64,000 nucleotides of DNA from Deferribacterales bacterium (GCA_050251945.1 JBFWLW010000001.1:1-64000), one strand, 5' to 3'. Counted from the first letter of the stretch, positions 18,290 to 28,039 are shown. Notes: generated by a model from the letters alone, not told the origin. Program-made: numbers and translations.

Positions 18290-18883
18290 TCAGATGCCGT
18301 CTAAACGGCTTATATCAAAATTCCCCCTCAAAAGACGGGGTGTCTGTGTTGTAAGGTCTATGATGGTAGATGAGACAATTTCAGTGTTTTTCCCGATGAT
18401 GAAATAGTGTACTAAGTCTTTGAAATATTTGAATATATTCTCTACTTTCGGGTCATATTCAACACCGCTGGGGTTTGCACTGGTTGCACTAAGGGGACCC
18501 ATTTTGTTAATCAGTTGTTTTAAAATTGACAAACAGGGTATTCTGAGTGCGATGGTACCGTTCAGTTTGTAAAGGTTATCGACGTTTTCTTTACCCTTTA
18601 AAAGGAGAGTAAAAGAACCGTTTCTCCATAAAAAATCCATAATTTGTTTCTGGCGTTCATCGAAATAAGCAAGCTCTTCCGCCTGTTCAAACGAGGATAT
18701 CAGCACAGGAAATGGTTTGTTCCTGTCTCTGCCTTTTATGTCGAATATCTTTTCGTTTGCTTTTTTGTCGGAGAGTGGCGCGCCGATGCCGTAGATGGTG
18801 TCGGTGTGAAAGACAACGGGCTCTCTGTCGAGAAGAGCCCGCCCGAATATTTCTTCCGCGTTTCTGAAAGGTGCTGTGAGCAT
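18290..18883 (-). CDS. tsaC: L-threonylcarbamoyladenylate synthase (TsaC/Sua5 family)
   Basis: TDTIYGIG, KGRDRNKP, ATSANPSG, SSTIID. Confidence 0.9.
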   Translation of the reverse strand: MLTAPFRNAEEIFGRALLDREPVVFHTDTIYGIGAPLSDKKANEKIFDIKGRDRNKPFPVLISSFEQAEELAYFDERQKQIMDFLWRNGSFTLLLKGKENVDNLYKLNGTIALRIPCLSILKQLINKMGPLSATSANPSGVEYDPKVENIFKYFKDLVHYFIIGKNTEIVSSTIIDLTTQTPRLLRGNFDISRLDGI

Positions 18884-19377
18884 CAGAGCATTTCCTGAAC
18901 CGCTTCGTTGTCCTTATAAACTTTATCTTTCATATCTTCTTTGTATTGAGCAACTTTTTTTGCAATTTCCGCATTTTTGCGTGCGATTATCTGTCCTGCG
19001 AAGATACCTGCGTTCTTGGCTCCCGCTTTGCCTATCGCCATGGTTGCAACGGGGATGCCGCCGGGCATCTGAACCATGGAGAGCAGTGCATCAAGCCCGT
19101 TAAGAGACGTTGCGGAAACAGGGACGGCTATGACGGGAAGGTTTGTTTCGCTTGCCACAACACCAGCGAGGTGTGCGGCGGCTCCGGCGAGGGCTATTAT
19201 CGCTTCAAGACCTCTGTCCTCAGCGGTTTTTGCCCATTCAAGAGTGCGTTCAGGAGTTCTGTGCGCGCTGGAAACTATCACTTCATATTCAATGCCGAAA
19301 CCTTTAAGGATATCAACAGCTTCTTTAGCGATTTCAAAGTCGCTTTTGCTGCCCATTATTATTCCGACCTTATTCAC
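18883..19377 (-). CDS. purE: N5-CAIR mutase
   Basis: IIMGSKSD, SAHRTP, AGAAAHL, VQMPGGIPVAT; GTG start behind AGGAGG. Confidence 0.96.
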   Translation of the reverse strand: MNKVGIIMGSKSDFEIAKEAVDILKGFGIEYEVIVSSAHRTPERTLEWAKTAEDRGLEAIIALAGAAAHLAGVVASETNLPVIAVPVSATSLNGLDALLSMVQMPGGIPVATMAIGKAGAKNAGIFAGQIIARKNAEIAKKVAQYKEDMKDKVYKDNEAVQEML

Positions 19378-20659
19378 CTTTGAGCCTCCTGAGAGCCTTG
19401 GCTCCGATATCTTTTCTGTAGTGTACGTCTGTCCAGTGTATTTTTTCAACAGCTTTGTAGGCTGTTTTTATGGTCTCTTCCAGTGTATCGCCTATGGCTG
19501 TAACACCCAGTACGCGCCCGCCCGTGTTGACTGTTTTTCCGTCTCTGTCGGCTGTGCCGGCATGGAAAACCTTAACACCTTCAATTTTGTCCGCTTCTGC
19601 GATACCGGATATTTCGTAGCCTTTCTTATAATCTTTGGGATAACCGCCGGATGCCATAACAACACATACGGTAGGTGCGGCGCTCCACTCTATCTCTACC
19701 TTGTCAAGGGTCTGATCTGTACAGGCAAGGAACACCGGAATGATGTCCGATTTCAAACGTGAAAGCACCGGCTGGGTTTCGGGGTCGCCGAAACGCGCGT
19801 TGAACTCAAGCACTTTCGGTTTATCGTTATGGATCATAAGTCCTGCATAGATAATGCCTTTAAAGACAATTCCGTCTTTCGCCATTGTCTTTATAAGGGG
19901 ATATGCAATCTCTTTTGTAACTTTGTCAAACAGTTCGGGGCTTACGACCGGTGCCGGGGAATACGCTCCCATACCGCCTGTGTTGGGTCCTTTATCGCCG
20001 TCGTAAACAGCTTTGTGGTCCTGACTTGTGACCATGGGCAGAACTGTTTTTCCGTCGGTGAAGGCGAGGTATGACGCCTCTTCGCCGAGCAGAAATTCTT
20101 CTATTACGACTTTGTTTCCCGCATCGCCGAAAACGCTGTCGATGAATATTTCTTCAAGCGCTCTGAGAGCCTCTTCAAAGGTCATTGCCACCGTAACGCC
20201 TTTTCCTGCGGCAAGTCCGTCAGCTTTAACGACGATGGGCGCTCCATGTTCGTGAACGTAAGCCTTGGCGGATTCGTAATCGGTGAATTCCCCGTATTTG
20301 GCAGTGGGGATGCCCGCCTTTATCATGATATCTTTTGCGAAGGCCTTGCTCGCCTCAAGCTGTGCCGCCGCCTTGCAGGGACCGAAAACTCTCAGTCCGT
20401 TCTCCTCAAAGATATCCACTATGCCTGCGGCAAGCGGGTCTTCGGGTCCGACCACCGTGAGGTCGATCTTTTCCGTCAGTGCGAAATCAAGCAGTTTTTT
20501 TATGTCGGTCGCTTCTATGGCGATGTTCTCTGTTTTGTTCTCAAGGTGAGTGCCGCCGTTGCCCGGTGCGGCATAGATTTTTGCCACAAGGGGGCTTTGC
20601 GCTATCTTCCAGCACAGGGCGTGTTCTCTTCCGCCTGAGCCTATAACAAGGACTTTCAT
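19370..20659 (-). CDS. purD: Phosphoribosylamine--glycine ligase
   Basis: GSGGREHAL, KADGLAAGKGV, GPNTGGMGAYSP, EFNARFGDPETQ. Confidence 0.97.
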   Translation of the reverse strand: MKVLVIGSGGREHALCWKIAQSPLVAKIYAAPGNGGTHLENKTENIAIEATDIKKLLDFALTEKIDLTVVGPEDPLAAGIVDIFEENGLRVFGPCKAAAQLEASKAFAKDIMIKAGIPTAKYGEFTDYESAKAYVHEHGAPIVVKADGLAAGKGVTVAMTFEEALRALEEIFIDSVFGDAGNKVVIEEFLLGEEASYLAFTDGKTVLPMVTSQDHKAVYDGDKGPNTGGMGAYSPAPVVSPELFDKVTKEIAYPLIKTMAKDGIVFKGIIYAGLMIHNDKPKVLEFNARFGDPETQPVLSRLKSDIIPVFLACTDQTLDKVEIEWSAAPTVCVVMASGGYPKDYKKGYEISGIAEADKIEGVKVFHAGTADRDGKTVNTGGRVLGVTAIGDTLEETIKTAYKAVEKIHWTDVHYRKDIGAKALRRLKGE

Positions 20660-20685
20660 CGTCATCTCCTTTATTGTGGTATACA

Positions 20686-20722
20686 AAAAATCCCCGCCAT
20701 TAGGTTTGCATGCGAGGATTTT
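20686..20722 (-). terminator. Terminator-like hairpin between purH and purD
   Basis: Minus strand aaaatcctcgc...gcggggatttttt. Confidence 0.55.
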
Positions 20723-20744
20723 CTGATATTATTAATCTATTTAT

Positions 20745-20818
20745 GAGACTATCGCGTCGTTGCACTCCTCGCAATGCCAGAAATACGTCTCTGCGAGGAG
20801 GTACGACGAAGCAGTCTC
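20745..20818. repeat. Free CGTC-tagged REP-like doublet
   Basis: gagactatcgcgtcg...ctcgcaatgcc + cgtctctgcgagg...cgaagcagtctc, no TIRs. Confidence 0.8.
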
Positions 20819-20830
20819 ATTATTCAATTC

Positions 20831-22375
20831 TTAGTGTTTGAAGTGTCTCACGCCTGTGAAGACCATGGCGATGCCATGCTCGTCTGCGGCTTTGATAACT
20901 TCCTCATCCCTGATTGATCCTCCGGGAGAGATGATGGCTGTGATGCCTCTTCCTGCCGCTTCGTCAACGCTGTCTCTGAATGGGAAGAATGCGTCGGATG
21001 ACATAACAGTGCCTTTAAGCTCGGCTCTGGCTTTGCTTGCGGCTATTTTAGAGGAATCCACACGGCTCATCTGACCTGCGCCCACACCGATTGTTCTGTC
21101 GTCTGTGGTGTAAACGATGGCGTTGGATTTAACGTGTTTTGCAACCTTCCAAGCGAAATCCATAGCTTTGTATTCAAAGTCTGTGGGTTTTCTTTTAGTG
21201 GGTACGGTAAGGCTTCTGATGTCCTCAATCTCGTGAAGGTCGCGATCCTGCAGCAGGATGCCGCCGGTAACGTTTTTAATATCGAGTTCAGCGTCTCTTG
21301 CGCCGTAAATGTCGCCGAGTTCGATGAGTCTGAGGTTTTTCTTAGCGGCGAAGAATTCTTTCGCATCTTCTGTGAAAGAGGGTGCGAGAACAACTTCAAG
21401 GAAGAGTTCGCCGAGTTTTTCGGCAAGTTTTTTATCCACTTCGCGGTTAACGCCAACGATGCCGCCGAAAGCGGAAACAGGGTCACACTCAAGTGCTTTC
21501 AGGTACGCGTTGTACACGTTGTCGCCTGTGGCACAGCCGCACGGGTTGGTGTGTTTAATGATTGCAACTGCGGGTTCTTTAAACTCTTTAATAAGTTCAA
21601 GAGTTGCATGTATGTCCACTATGTTGTTGAATGACAGCTCTTTACCCTGAAGCTGCTTGCCTGTGGCAACGCTCACTTCGCTGACAAGGGGCTTAACGTA
21701 GAAGGCGGAATCCTGATGGGGGTTCTCGCCGTAGCGCATGGGCTGTTTTTTGCGGGCGGGTATAGCTATCTCCTCGGGGAATTTAACGCCGAGTTTTTTA
21801 TTGAAATATGAGGCGATTATTGAATCGTAAACGCCTGTGTGCGAGTATGCTTTTCTTGCAAGGTCTATACGGGTTTCAAGTTCGGTGCCGCCGTTTTCCA
21901 TTTCGGTAAGGATTCTGCCGAAATCGTTGTTATCAACAACAACAGCTACGAACTTGTGGTTTTTCGCCGCTGAACGGATCATAGAGGGACCGCCGATGTC
22001 GATGTTTTCGACAACTTCGTCGTGTTCTGCTCCTTTTGCCACTGTCGCTTCAAAGGGGTAGAGGTTCACAACAACCATGTCTATGTTTTCAAGATCGTGT
22101 TCTTTCATGGTCGCCTGATGTTTCGCGTTGTCACGGATGTTAAGTATGCCGCCGTGTACTTTCGGGTGAAGAGTTTTCACTCTGCCGTCAAGCATTTCGG
22201 GGAATCCTGTGAACTCGGAAATCTCGATTATCTCCACACCGCTTTCTGCGAGCAGTTTAGCGGTTCCTCCTGTGGAAATGATCTTTACGCCGTACTTTTT
22301 GAGACCTTTTGCAAAGTCTACGATGCCGCCTTTGTCGGAAACGCTGATGAGGGCGGTTTTAGGCATTATTCTCAT
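20831..22375 (-). CDS. purH: Bifunctional AICAR formyltransferase/IMP cyclohydrolase
   Basis: ALISVSDK, GRVKTLHP, RYGENPHQ, KHTNPCG, SDAFFPF, RHFKH. Confidence 0.98.
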   Translation of the reverse strand: MRIMPKTALISVSDKGGIVDFAKGLKKYGVKIISTGGTAKLLAESGVEIIEISEFTGFPEMLDGRVKTLHPKVHGGILNIRDNAKHQATMKEHDLENIDMVVVNLYPFEATVAKGAEHDEVVENIDIGGPSMIRSAAKNHKFVAVVVDNNDFGRILTEMENGGTELETRIDLARKAYSHTGVYDSIIASYFNKKLGVKFPEEIAIPARKKQPMRYGENPHQDSAFYVKPLVSEVSVATGKQLQGKELSFNNIVDIHATLELIKEFKEPAVAIIKHTNPCGCATGDNVYNAYLKALECDPVSAFGGIVGVNREVDKKLAEKLGELFLEVVLAPSFTEDAKEFFAAKKNLRLIELGDIYGARDAELDIKNVTGGILLQDRDLHEIEDIRSLTVPTKRKPTDFEYKAMDFAWKVAKHVKSNAIVYTTDDRTIGVGAGQMSRVDSSKIAASKARAELKGTVMSSDAFFPFRDSVDEAAGRGITAIISPGGSIRDEEVIKAADEHGIAMVFTGVRHFKH

Positions 22376-22847
22376 TTGTGCTCCTCTTTATGAATATATA
22401 GTCCAGCAGCAGAAGTCCGATGCCGGTCGAGATAGCGATATCTGCGACATTGAACGCCGGCCACTGCCATGTTTTGTAATAGAACAGCAGAAAGTCAACA
22501 ACTTTGCCCACAAAGAGCCTGTCGATGAAGTTGCCGACTGCACCCGCCAGAACAAGAGTATATGAAAAAAGGCGGAGTTTCATCCCTTTTTCTTTGATAA
22601 GCAGGTAAGCGACGCATACTATTGCCAGAATCGTTACTGCTATGAAAAACACCCTACGGTAGGTTTCCGGCAGTCTGCCCAGAAATCCGAACGCTGCGCC
22701 GGGGTTAAGAATGTATACGATGTCGAAAAATCCGTCTATGACGGGACGGGCTTCGTGCAGGTTAAAGTTCTTAACGATATACATTTTTGTCCACTGGTCG
22801 AGGATCACGATTGCCGCAGCCAGTGCTATCATATATTTTCTTAACAT
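22359..22847 (-). CDS. lspA: Signal peptidase II
   Basis: DQWTK, NPGAAFG, GNFIDR, VVDF, FNVAD; coupled to the ileS stop. Confidence 0.95.
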   Translation of the reverse strand: MLRKYMIALAAAIVILDQWTKMYIVKNFNLHEARPVIDGFFDIVYILNPGAAFGFLGRLPETYRRVFFIAVTILAIVCVAYLLIKEKGMKLRLFSYTLVLAGAVGNFIDRLFVGKVVDFLLFYYKTWQWPAFNVADIAISTGIGLLLLDYIFIKRSTNENNA

Positions 22848-25669
22848 CAGGCAAGTGCCTCCGCACATCTTTTGCAGAGTGTGGGGTGTTCGGGGTCGTG
22901 TCCGACGGTGGAGGATTTTGTCCAGCATCTTTCGCATTTTTCGTTTGCGGAAACAACAACCTTAACTTTTACTTTGCCGTCTTCTGAAACGTGGCAGTCT
23001 GTCATTTTTTCAGGATCTTCAAAGCGTACTTCTGACACTATGAATATTCTTTCGATGCCTTCGTCGGCAACGAGGTATTTTTTAGTTTCCCCGTCCACGC
23101 CCAGAACTATATCGGCATCCAGCGGGTGACCGATTATCTTGGCGGCGCGTGCCACTTCAAGTGCTTTCGTTGCCTCTTTGCGCACCTCAAGTATCTTCTG
23201 CCATTTTGCTGTGTTTTCCGCATCGTCAAATTCGACAGCGGGGGCGAAAAGCTCCATGAAGATGTTTTCTTTCTTGTCTTTGCATGCGGGCATGTATTCG
23301 TATATCTCATCCGCTGTGAAGGACAGCACGGGCGCCATAACAGTCGCCATCTCTTTCAGGATGGTGTACATGGCTGTCTGTGCGGAGCGTCTCTCGCGTG
23401 ATGCGGGTTTGTACGCGTACAGTCTGTCTTTCAGGATATCCAGATAGAAGGATGAAAGATCGCCGATGCAGAAGTTCAGAAAAGAGTGGTAGAAAACGTG
23501 AAGCTGGTACCTGTCGTATGATTCGTATATGCGTTTTTTTACTGTCTGCCATCTCGCCAGAGCGAAACGGTCGAGGTCGAGCATATCACCGAACGCCACC
23601 ATATCGGTATCGGGATTGAAATCATACAGGTTGCCCAGCAGATAGCGGGCGGTGTTGCGTATCTTTCTGTATGATTCCACCAGACGGTTTATGATGTCGT
23701 CGGATATTCTGATATCTTCGGAGTAGTCCTCAGCGGAAACCCAGAGACGCAGAACCTCCGCGCCGTATTTGTTGATTATCTCTGACGGTGAAACAACGTT
23801 GCCCACAGATTTGGACATCTTGCGTCCTTTGCCGTCAACGACGAAACCGTGTGTAAGCACCTCTTTATACGGCGCTACGCCGCGTGTGCCGACGCTTTCA
23901 AGGATTGAGCTGTGGAACCATCCTCTGTGCTGGTCGGAACCTTCAAGGTACATGTTAGCAGGCCATGAAAGCTCTTGGCGCTCTTCAAGAACTGCGGAGT
24001 GCGACGTACCGGAATCGAACCATACGTCAAGTATATCCGTTTCCTTTTTGAAGTGAGTGCCGCCGCATTTGGGGCATTTTGTGCCTTCGGGTATGAATGC
24101 GGAGTTCCCGTTATCAAACCATGCATCCGCACCGTGTTCGCGGAATGCCGCAAGAACGCGTTCCTGTATGTCCTTGTTGATGATTATCTCGTCGCAGTCT
24201 TCACAGAGGAAAACTGCGATGGGAACGCCCCACGTTCTCTGGCGTGAGATACACCAGTCGGGACGGTTTTCAATCATTGATGTGATGCGGTTCTCGCCCC
24301 ATACGGGCGTCCAGCGCACCTTTTTTATTTCGGAAAGGGTCTTTTTGCGCAGGTCGTTGCGCTCCATCCCGATGAACCACTGGGGAGTGGCGCGGAATAT
24401 TACAGGTTTTTTGCATCGCCAGCAGTGGGGATACGAGTGGTTTATATCGCCGCTTGCAAGCAGACTTCCCTGCTCGTCCATCATGGTGACTATCTCTTTG
24501 CCCGCTTTGTATATGCTCTGCTCTGCGAATATTTCTACGTTGCGTTTGTAAAAACCTCTGTCGTCGACTGGGTTGAGTATCTCAAGCCCGTATTTCAGTC
24601 CCACTTCGTAGTCTTCCTGACCGTGACCTGGTGCTGTGTGTACAAGTCCGGTACCGGCATCCAGCGTAACGTGGTCGCCGAGGATACCCAGAGAAACTCT
24701 GTCGTAGAAGCAGTGTTTGAACTCGACAAACTCAAGCTCTGTGCCGAAGAAAATCTTTACGGTTTCGTATCCGTGGATGTGAAACTCTTCGTTCAGACCT
24801 TTGAGGCTGTCAGGTGATTCAACAAGGTCGGTCGCGACAATTATGTATTCTCCGACCGCAAGGTTTTTGTTGCATGTGTCGGTGATTTTTATGAGTGAAT
24901 ATTCTATTTCGGCATTGGCGCAGATTCCGAGGTTCGCAGGGAGCGTCCACGGAGTTGTTGTCCATATAACTGCGGATACTTTATCTTCATCCGCAAGACC
25001 GAACTTCGCCTTGAAAGCGTCTTTCATGGGGAACTTGACGTATACGGAGGTTGAAGTGTGGTTATCGTATTCAACCTCTGCCTCGGCAAGCGCCGTAACG
25101 CATGACGTACACCAGTAAACTGGTTTCAGACCTTTGAAAACGCCGCCGTTGTCGAAGAAACGGTAGAGTTCCTGAAGTGTCTTCGCCTCGTATTTATAGT
25201 CCATAGTTATATAAGGATGATCCCAGTCACCGAAACCGCCGAGACGCTTGAAGCCCTGTCTCTGGAGGTCGATAAATCTGTCCGCGTATTTGCGGCACTC
25301 CTTGCGTATTTCGGATTTTGTCATCTCGTTCTTTTTGCTGCCGAGCTTTTTGTCCACCTGAAGCTCAATGGGCAGACCGTGGCAGTCCCATCCGGGAACG
25401 TAGGGCGTGTAATATCCTTCAAATGCTTTCATTTTAATAATAATATCTTTCAGAATCTTGTTAAGAGCGTGTCCGATGTGAATTTCGCCGTTTGCGTAGG
25501 GAGGGCCGTCGTGAAGAATGTAGGGGTTGTTTCTGTCTCTTGCGGACAGCATCTTTTCGTAGGCCTTTTCCTCTTCCCATTTTTTAAGGCGTTCAGGTTC
25601 TTTAACTGAGAGGCTCGCCTTCATAGGGAAATCCGTTTGAGGGAGATTCAGGGTATCTTTGTAGTCCAT
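22847..25669 (-). CDS. ileS: Isoleucine--tRNA ligase (type 1)
   Basis: HDGPPYANG, HIGH, WTTTPWT, KMSKS, C-terminal Zn finger CERC...CKRC. Confidence 0.98.
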   Translation of the reverse strand: MDYKDTLNLPQTDFPMKASLSVKEPERLKKWEEEKAYEKMLSARDRNNPYILHDGPPYANGEIHIGHALNKILKDIIIKMKAFEGYYTPYVPGWDCHGLPIELQVDKKLGSKKNEMTKSEIRKECRKYADRFIDLQRQGFKRLGGFGDWDHPYITMDYKYEAKTLQELYRFFDNGGVFKGLKPVYWCTSCVTALAEAEVEYDNHTSTSVYVKFPMKDAFKAKFGLADEDKVSAVIWTTTPWTLPANLGICANAEIEYSLIKITDTCNKNLAVGEYIIVATDLVESPDSLKGLNEEFHIHGYETVKIFFGTELEFVEFKHCFYDRVSLGILGDHVTLDAGTGLVHTAPGHGQEDYEVGLKYGLEILNPVDDRGFYKRNVEIFAEQSIYKAGKEIVTMMDEQGSLLASGDINHSYPHCWRCKKPVIFRATPQWFIGMERNDLRKKTLSEIKKVRWTPVWGENRITSMIENRPDWCISRQRTWGVPIAVFLCEDCDEIIINKDIQERVLAAFREHGADAWFDNGNSAFIPEGTKCPKCGGTHFKKETDILDVWFDSGTSHSAVLEERQELSWPANMYLEGSDQHRGWFHSSILESVGTRGVAPYKEVLTHGFVVDGKGRKMSKSVGNVVSPSEIINKYGAEVLRLWVSAEDYSEDIRISDDIINRLVESYRKIRNTARYLLGNLYDFNPDTDMVAFGDMLDLDRFALARWQTVKKRIYESYDRYQLHVFYHSFLNFCIGDLSSFYLDILKDRLYAYKPASRERRSAQTAMYTILKEMATVMAPVLSFTADEIYEYMPACKDKKENIFMELFAPAVEFDDAENTAKWQKILEVRKEATKALEVARAAKIIGHPLDADIVLGVDGETKKYLVADEGIERIFIVSEVRFEDPEKMTDCHVSEDGKVKVKVVVSANEKCERCWTKSSTVGHDPEHPTLCKRCAEALA

Positions 25670-25829
25670 CTAAAAAACTCCTTGAGATTCTAAAAGAAAG
25701 AATTGAACGCAATTTTTAACACCAAATATGTTATTAATCAAGTCCAGATGGAACAAATGAACTAAAAAATGTGTTGCTCTGTCATATATGGCGGGTGTAT
25801 AGTCCCCTCATTCCATTCCGGAGGAAAAA

Positions 25830-26672
25830 ATGAAAAGAATCACGGCTGTATTGACAATCCTGTTACTGGCTCTTTCACTGAACGCTTTTGCGGCTGATGT
25901 TAAGACCGGTCTTGAAACCAGCATGAAAAATTTCTTCAAAAGCCAGAATCTCACAAACCTTGTTCCCAATGTTACTGTGGTGAAAAAACTCAACGAACCT
26001 GCCGGGCTTTATTTCATCAAAATATCCATCACCGACACAAAATCAAAGAGAAGTCAGGAACAATATATGTTCTCTGACGGAAAATATATTATTCCCGAGA
26101 TAGTGAACGCGTCAAACAACGTAAGCATCAAAGACACCCTCGTTTACGAAGCAACGCCGAAAACAAACCTTGACCTTTCAAAGGCAACTTTTTTTGAGGG
26201 TAAAAAAGGTGCGAAGAACACTATCGTAGTTGTCAGCGATTTCCAATGCCCCTACTGCCGCAAAGCCCACGCAATACTGAAAGGTATGCTGGCGCAGGCT
26301 AAACCGAACGTAGCTGTGTATATGGTTGCGCTTCCCCTTGCCATCCACCCGAAAGCGACAATCTATTCAAAAGTATTTGAAGCAGGTCTTGCTCTCGGTA
26401 AAGATTTCTCTGACGAACTTTATTCAACAGATCAGGCGACAGATTCTAAAACTGATGCTCAGATAATTGACATGTTCGCCGCAAAATCAGGCAATCCCGC
26501 AAAATTCAAAACACTTGCAAACTCAAAACAGATTGCAGCTAAAATTGAAGCACAGGCTAAATACGCCGCATCTCTCGGCATCACCGGCACACCTCACCTC
26601 TACTTTAACGGTAAAGGAGTAGGCGGGTTTAATCCGGAGATGTATGAGATGGCTATCCGCGACATGAAATAA
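25830..26672 (+). CDS. Periplasmic DsbA/DsbC/DsbG-like thiol-disulfide oxidoreductase
   Basis: Signal peptide; SDFQCPYC; GITGTP cis-Pro loop. Confidence 0.87.
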   Translation: MKRITAVLTILLLALSLNAFAADVKTGLETSMKNFFKSQNLTNLVPNVTVVKKLNEPAGLYFIKISITDTKSKRSQEQYMFSDGKYIIPEIVNASNNVSIKDTLVYEATPKTNLDLSKATFFEGKKGAKNTIVVVSDFQCPYCRKAHAILKGMLAQAKPNVAVYMVALPLAIHPKATIYSKVFEAGLALGKDFSDELYSTDQATDSKTDAQIIDMFAAKSGNPAKFKTLANSKQIAAKIEAQAKYAASLGITGTPHLYFNGKGVGGFNPEMYEMAIRDMK

Positions 26673-26675
26673 TAT

Positions 26676-26800
26676 ATTGCCGTTTATAACACTTCGCAGG
26701 TCTGCGTTGTCGGTGCAAAAAATATTGCTCATGTACTTTGCATGTACACTGCGCATATTTTTTGTCCTCCGCCTTGACCTGCTCGGTTCTAAACAGCAAT
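26676..26800. repeat. 125-bp ERIC/IRU-like long palindromic element
   Basis: Terminal IR attgccgtttataac / gttctaaacagcaat (13/15); nested arms gcaggtc/gacctgc, caaaaaatat/atattttttg, tgtac/gtaca. Confidence 0.7.
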
Positions 26801-26813
26801 TAAGAAAGTATAC

Positions 26814-26842
26814 AAGCCCGCGTTTTCTGCGGGCTTTCTTTT
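26814..26842 (+). terminator. Intrinsic terminator
   Basis: aagcccgc-gttttct-gcgggctt followed by tctttt. Confidence 0.7.
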
Positions 26843-26876
26843 GTCCCGTTTCGCTCCCTTCCTTTTTAAGGGAGAT

Positions 26877-26993
26877 AGATCGCTTCACCCTTTCAGGGTT
26901 CGCGAAGACGAAAATTAAACTGTCTCTGCGAGCCGAAGGCGAAGCAGTCTTTGTTTTACGCCCCCCTTTGATAAAGGAGGGTCGGGGTGGATT
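26877..26993. repeat. REP-like doublet followed by a second-family CCCCCTTTG..AAAGGAGG hairpin
   Basis: agatcgcttc...cgcgaagac + gtctctgcgag...gaagcagtct; cccccctttgataaaggaggg at 26961. Confidence 0.75.
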
Positions 26994-27085
26994 TTCTTCT
27001 CCCCGCAACAGCTTATATTTTACTTCTTGATATTGAACTGCTTAAAAGTTATTATACACAACCAATGAAAGGCATGAGGTGAACA

Positions 27086-28039
27086 ATGGCAACGGTTCTT
27101 GATTTTGAAGCGCCTATAGTTGAGATCGAGGCACAGCTTGACGAGCTTCGCAACCTTCCGGGGATGAACGGTGATCAGCTTAACAAAGAGATCACAAGTC
27201 TTGAAGACAAACTGGCAAAGGTCAGAGCAAACATATATAAACGTCTCACTCCCCAGCAGAAAGTCATGGTGGCGCGCCACCCCGACAGACCCTATACGCT
27301 GGACTATATTCAGAATATCTTTACCGATTTTACCGAACTCCACGGCGACAGACTGTTCCGCGAAGACCCCGCACTTGTATGCGGAATGGCAAAGCTGGAC
27401 GGTGAACCCGTTATGGTTATCGGTCATCAGAAAGGACGCAACACAAAAGAGAATATCCACCGCAACTTCGGTATGGTTAATCCTGAAGGCTACAGAAAGT
27501 CACAGAGACTTTTCGAGATGGCAGACAGGTTCAAACGCCCCGTAATAACATTCGTTGACACACCCGGAGCATATCCGGGTATCGGTGCGGAAGAGCGCGG
27601 ACAGGCGGAAGCAATCGCGAAAAGCCTTATGGTCATGGCAGGTCTTAAAGTGCCTATGATAACAGTTATCGCAGGCGAAGGCGGTTCCGGCGGTGCTCTT
27701 GCAATTGCTATGGGCAACCGTGTCGGCATGCTGGAACATTCCGTATATGCTGTTATCAGCCCCGAAGGCTGTGCATCTATCCTCTGGAAAGACGCGGCAT
27801 ATGCAGGCAGAGCGGCGGAAGCGCTTAAGCTTACATCCAAAGACCTGAAAGAACTGAACATCATCGACGAAATAATAGAGGAACCTATGGGCGGTGCCCA
27901 CAGGAACCACCCTGCAACAGCGGTTAAGGTGAAAGACTTTATAGTCAGAAACCTCGCGGAACTGAAAACAATGTCGCCTGACCAGCTTTTTGAGGACAGG
28001 TATCAGAAGTTCCGCAATATGGGCGTTTTCGCCGAGTAA
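27086..28039 (+). CDS. accA: Acetyl-CoA carboxylase carboxyltransferase alpha subunit
   Basis: ARHPDRP, DTPGAYPG, GEGGSGGALA, SPEGCASILW; promoter TTGATA-17-TATTAT at 27027-27055. Confidence 0.98.
   Translation: MATVLDFEAPIVEIEAQLDELRNLPGMNGDQLNKEITSLEDKLAKVRANIYKRLTPQQKVMVARHPDRPYTLDYIQNIFTDFTELHGDRLFREDPALVCGMAKLDGEPVMVIGHQKGRNTKENIHRNFGMVNPEGYRKSQRLFEMADRFKRPVITFVDTPGAYPGIGAEERGQAEAIAKSLMVMAGLKVPMITVIAGEGGSGGALAIAMGNRVGMLEHSVYAVISPEGCASILWKDAAYAGRAAEALKLTSKDLKELNIIDEIIEEPMGGAHRNHPATAVKVKDFIVRNLAELKTMSPDQLFEDRYQKFRNMGVFAE

Noticed and set aside
22359..22400. ZTP or purine riboswitch before purH
   Set aside because: purH overlaps lspA, leaving no leader; no aptamer motif seen before purD either.
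26523..27030. ORFs of 161 aa (-) and 117 aa (+)
   Set aside because: They span the palindromic repeat cluster and are best explained as chance open frames.
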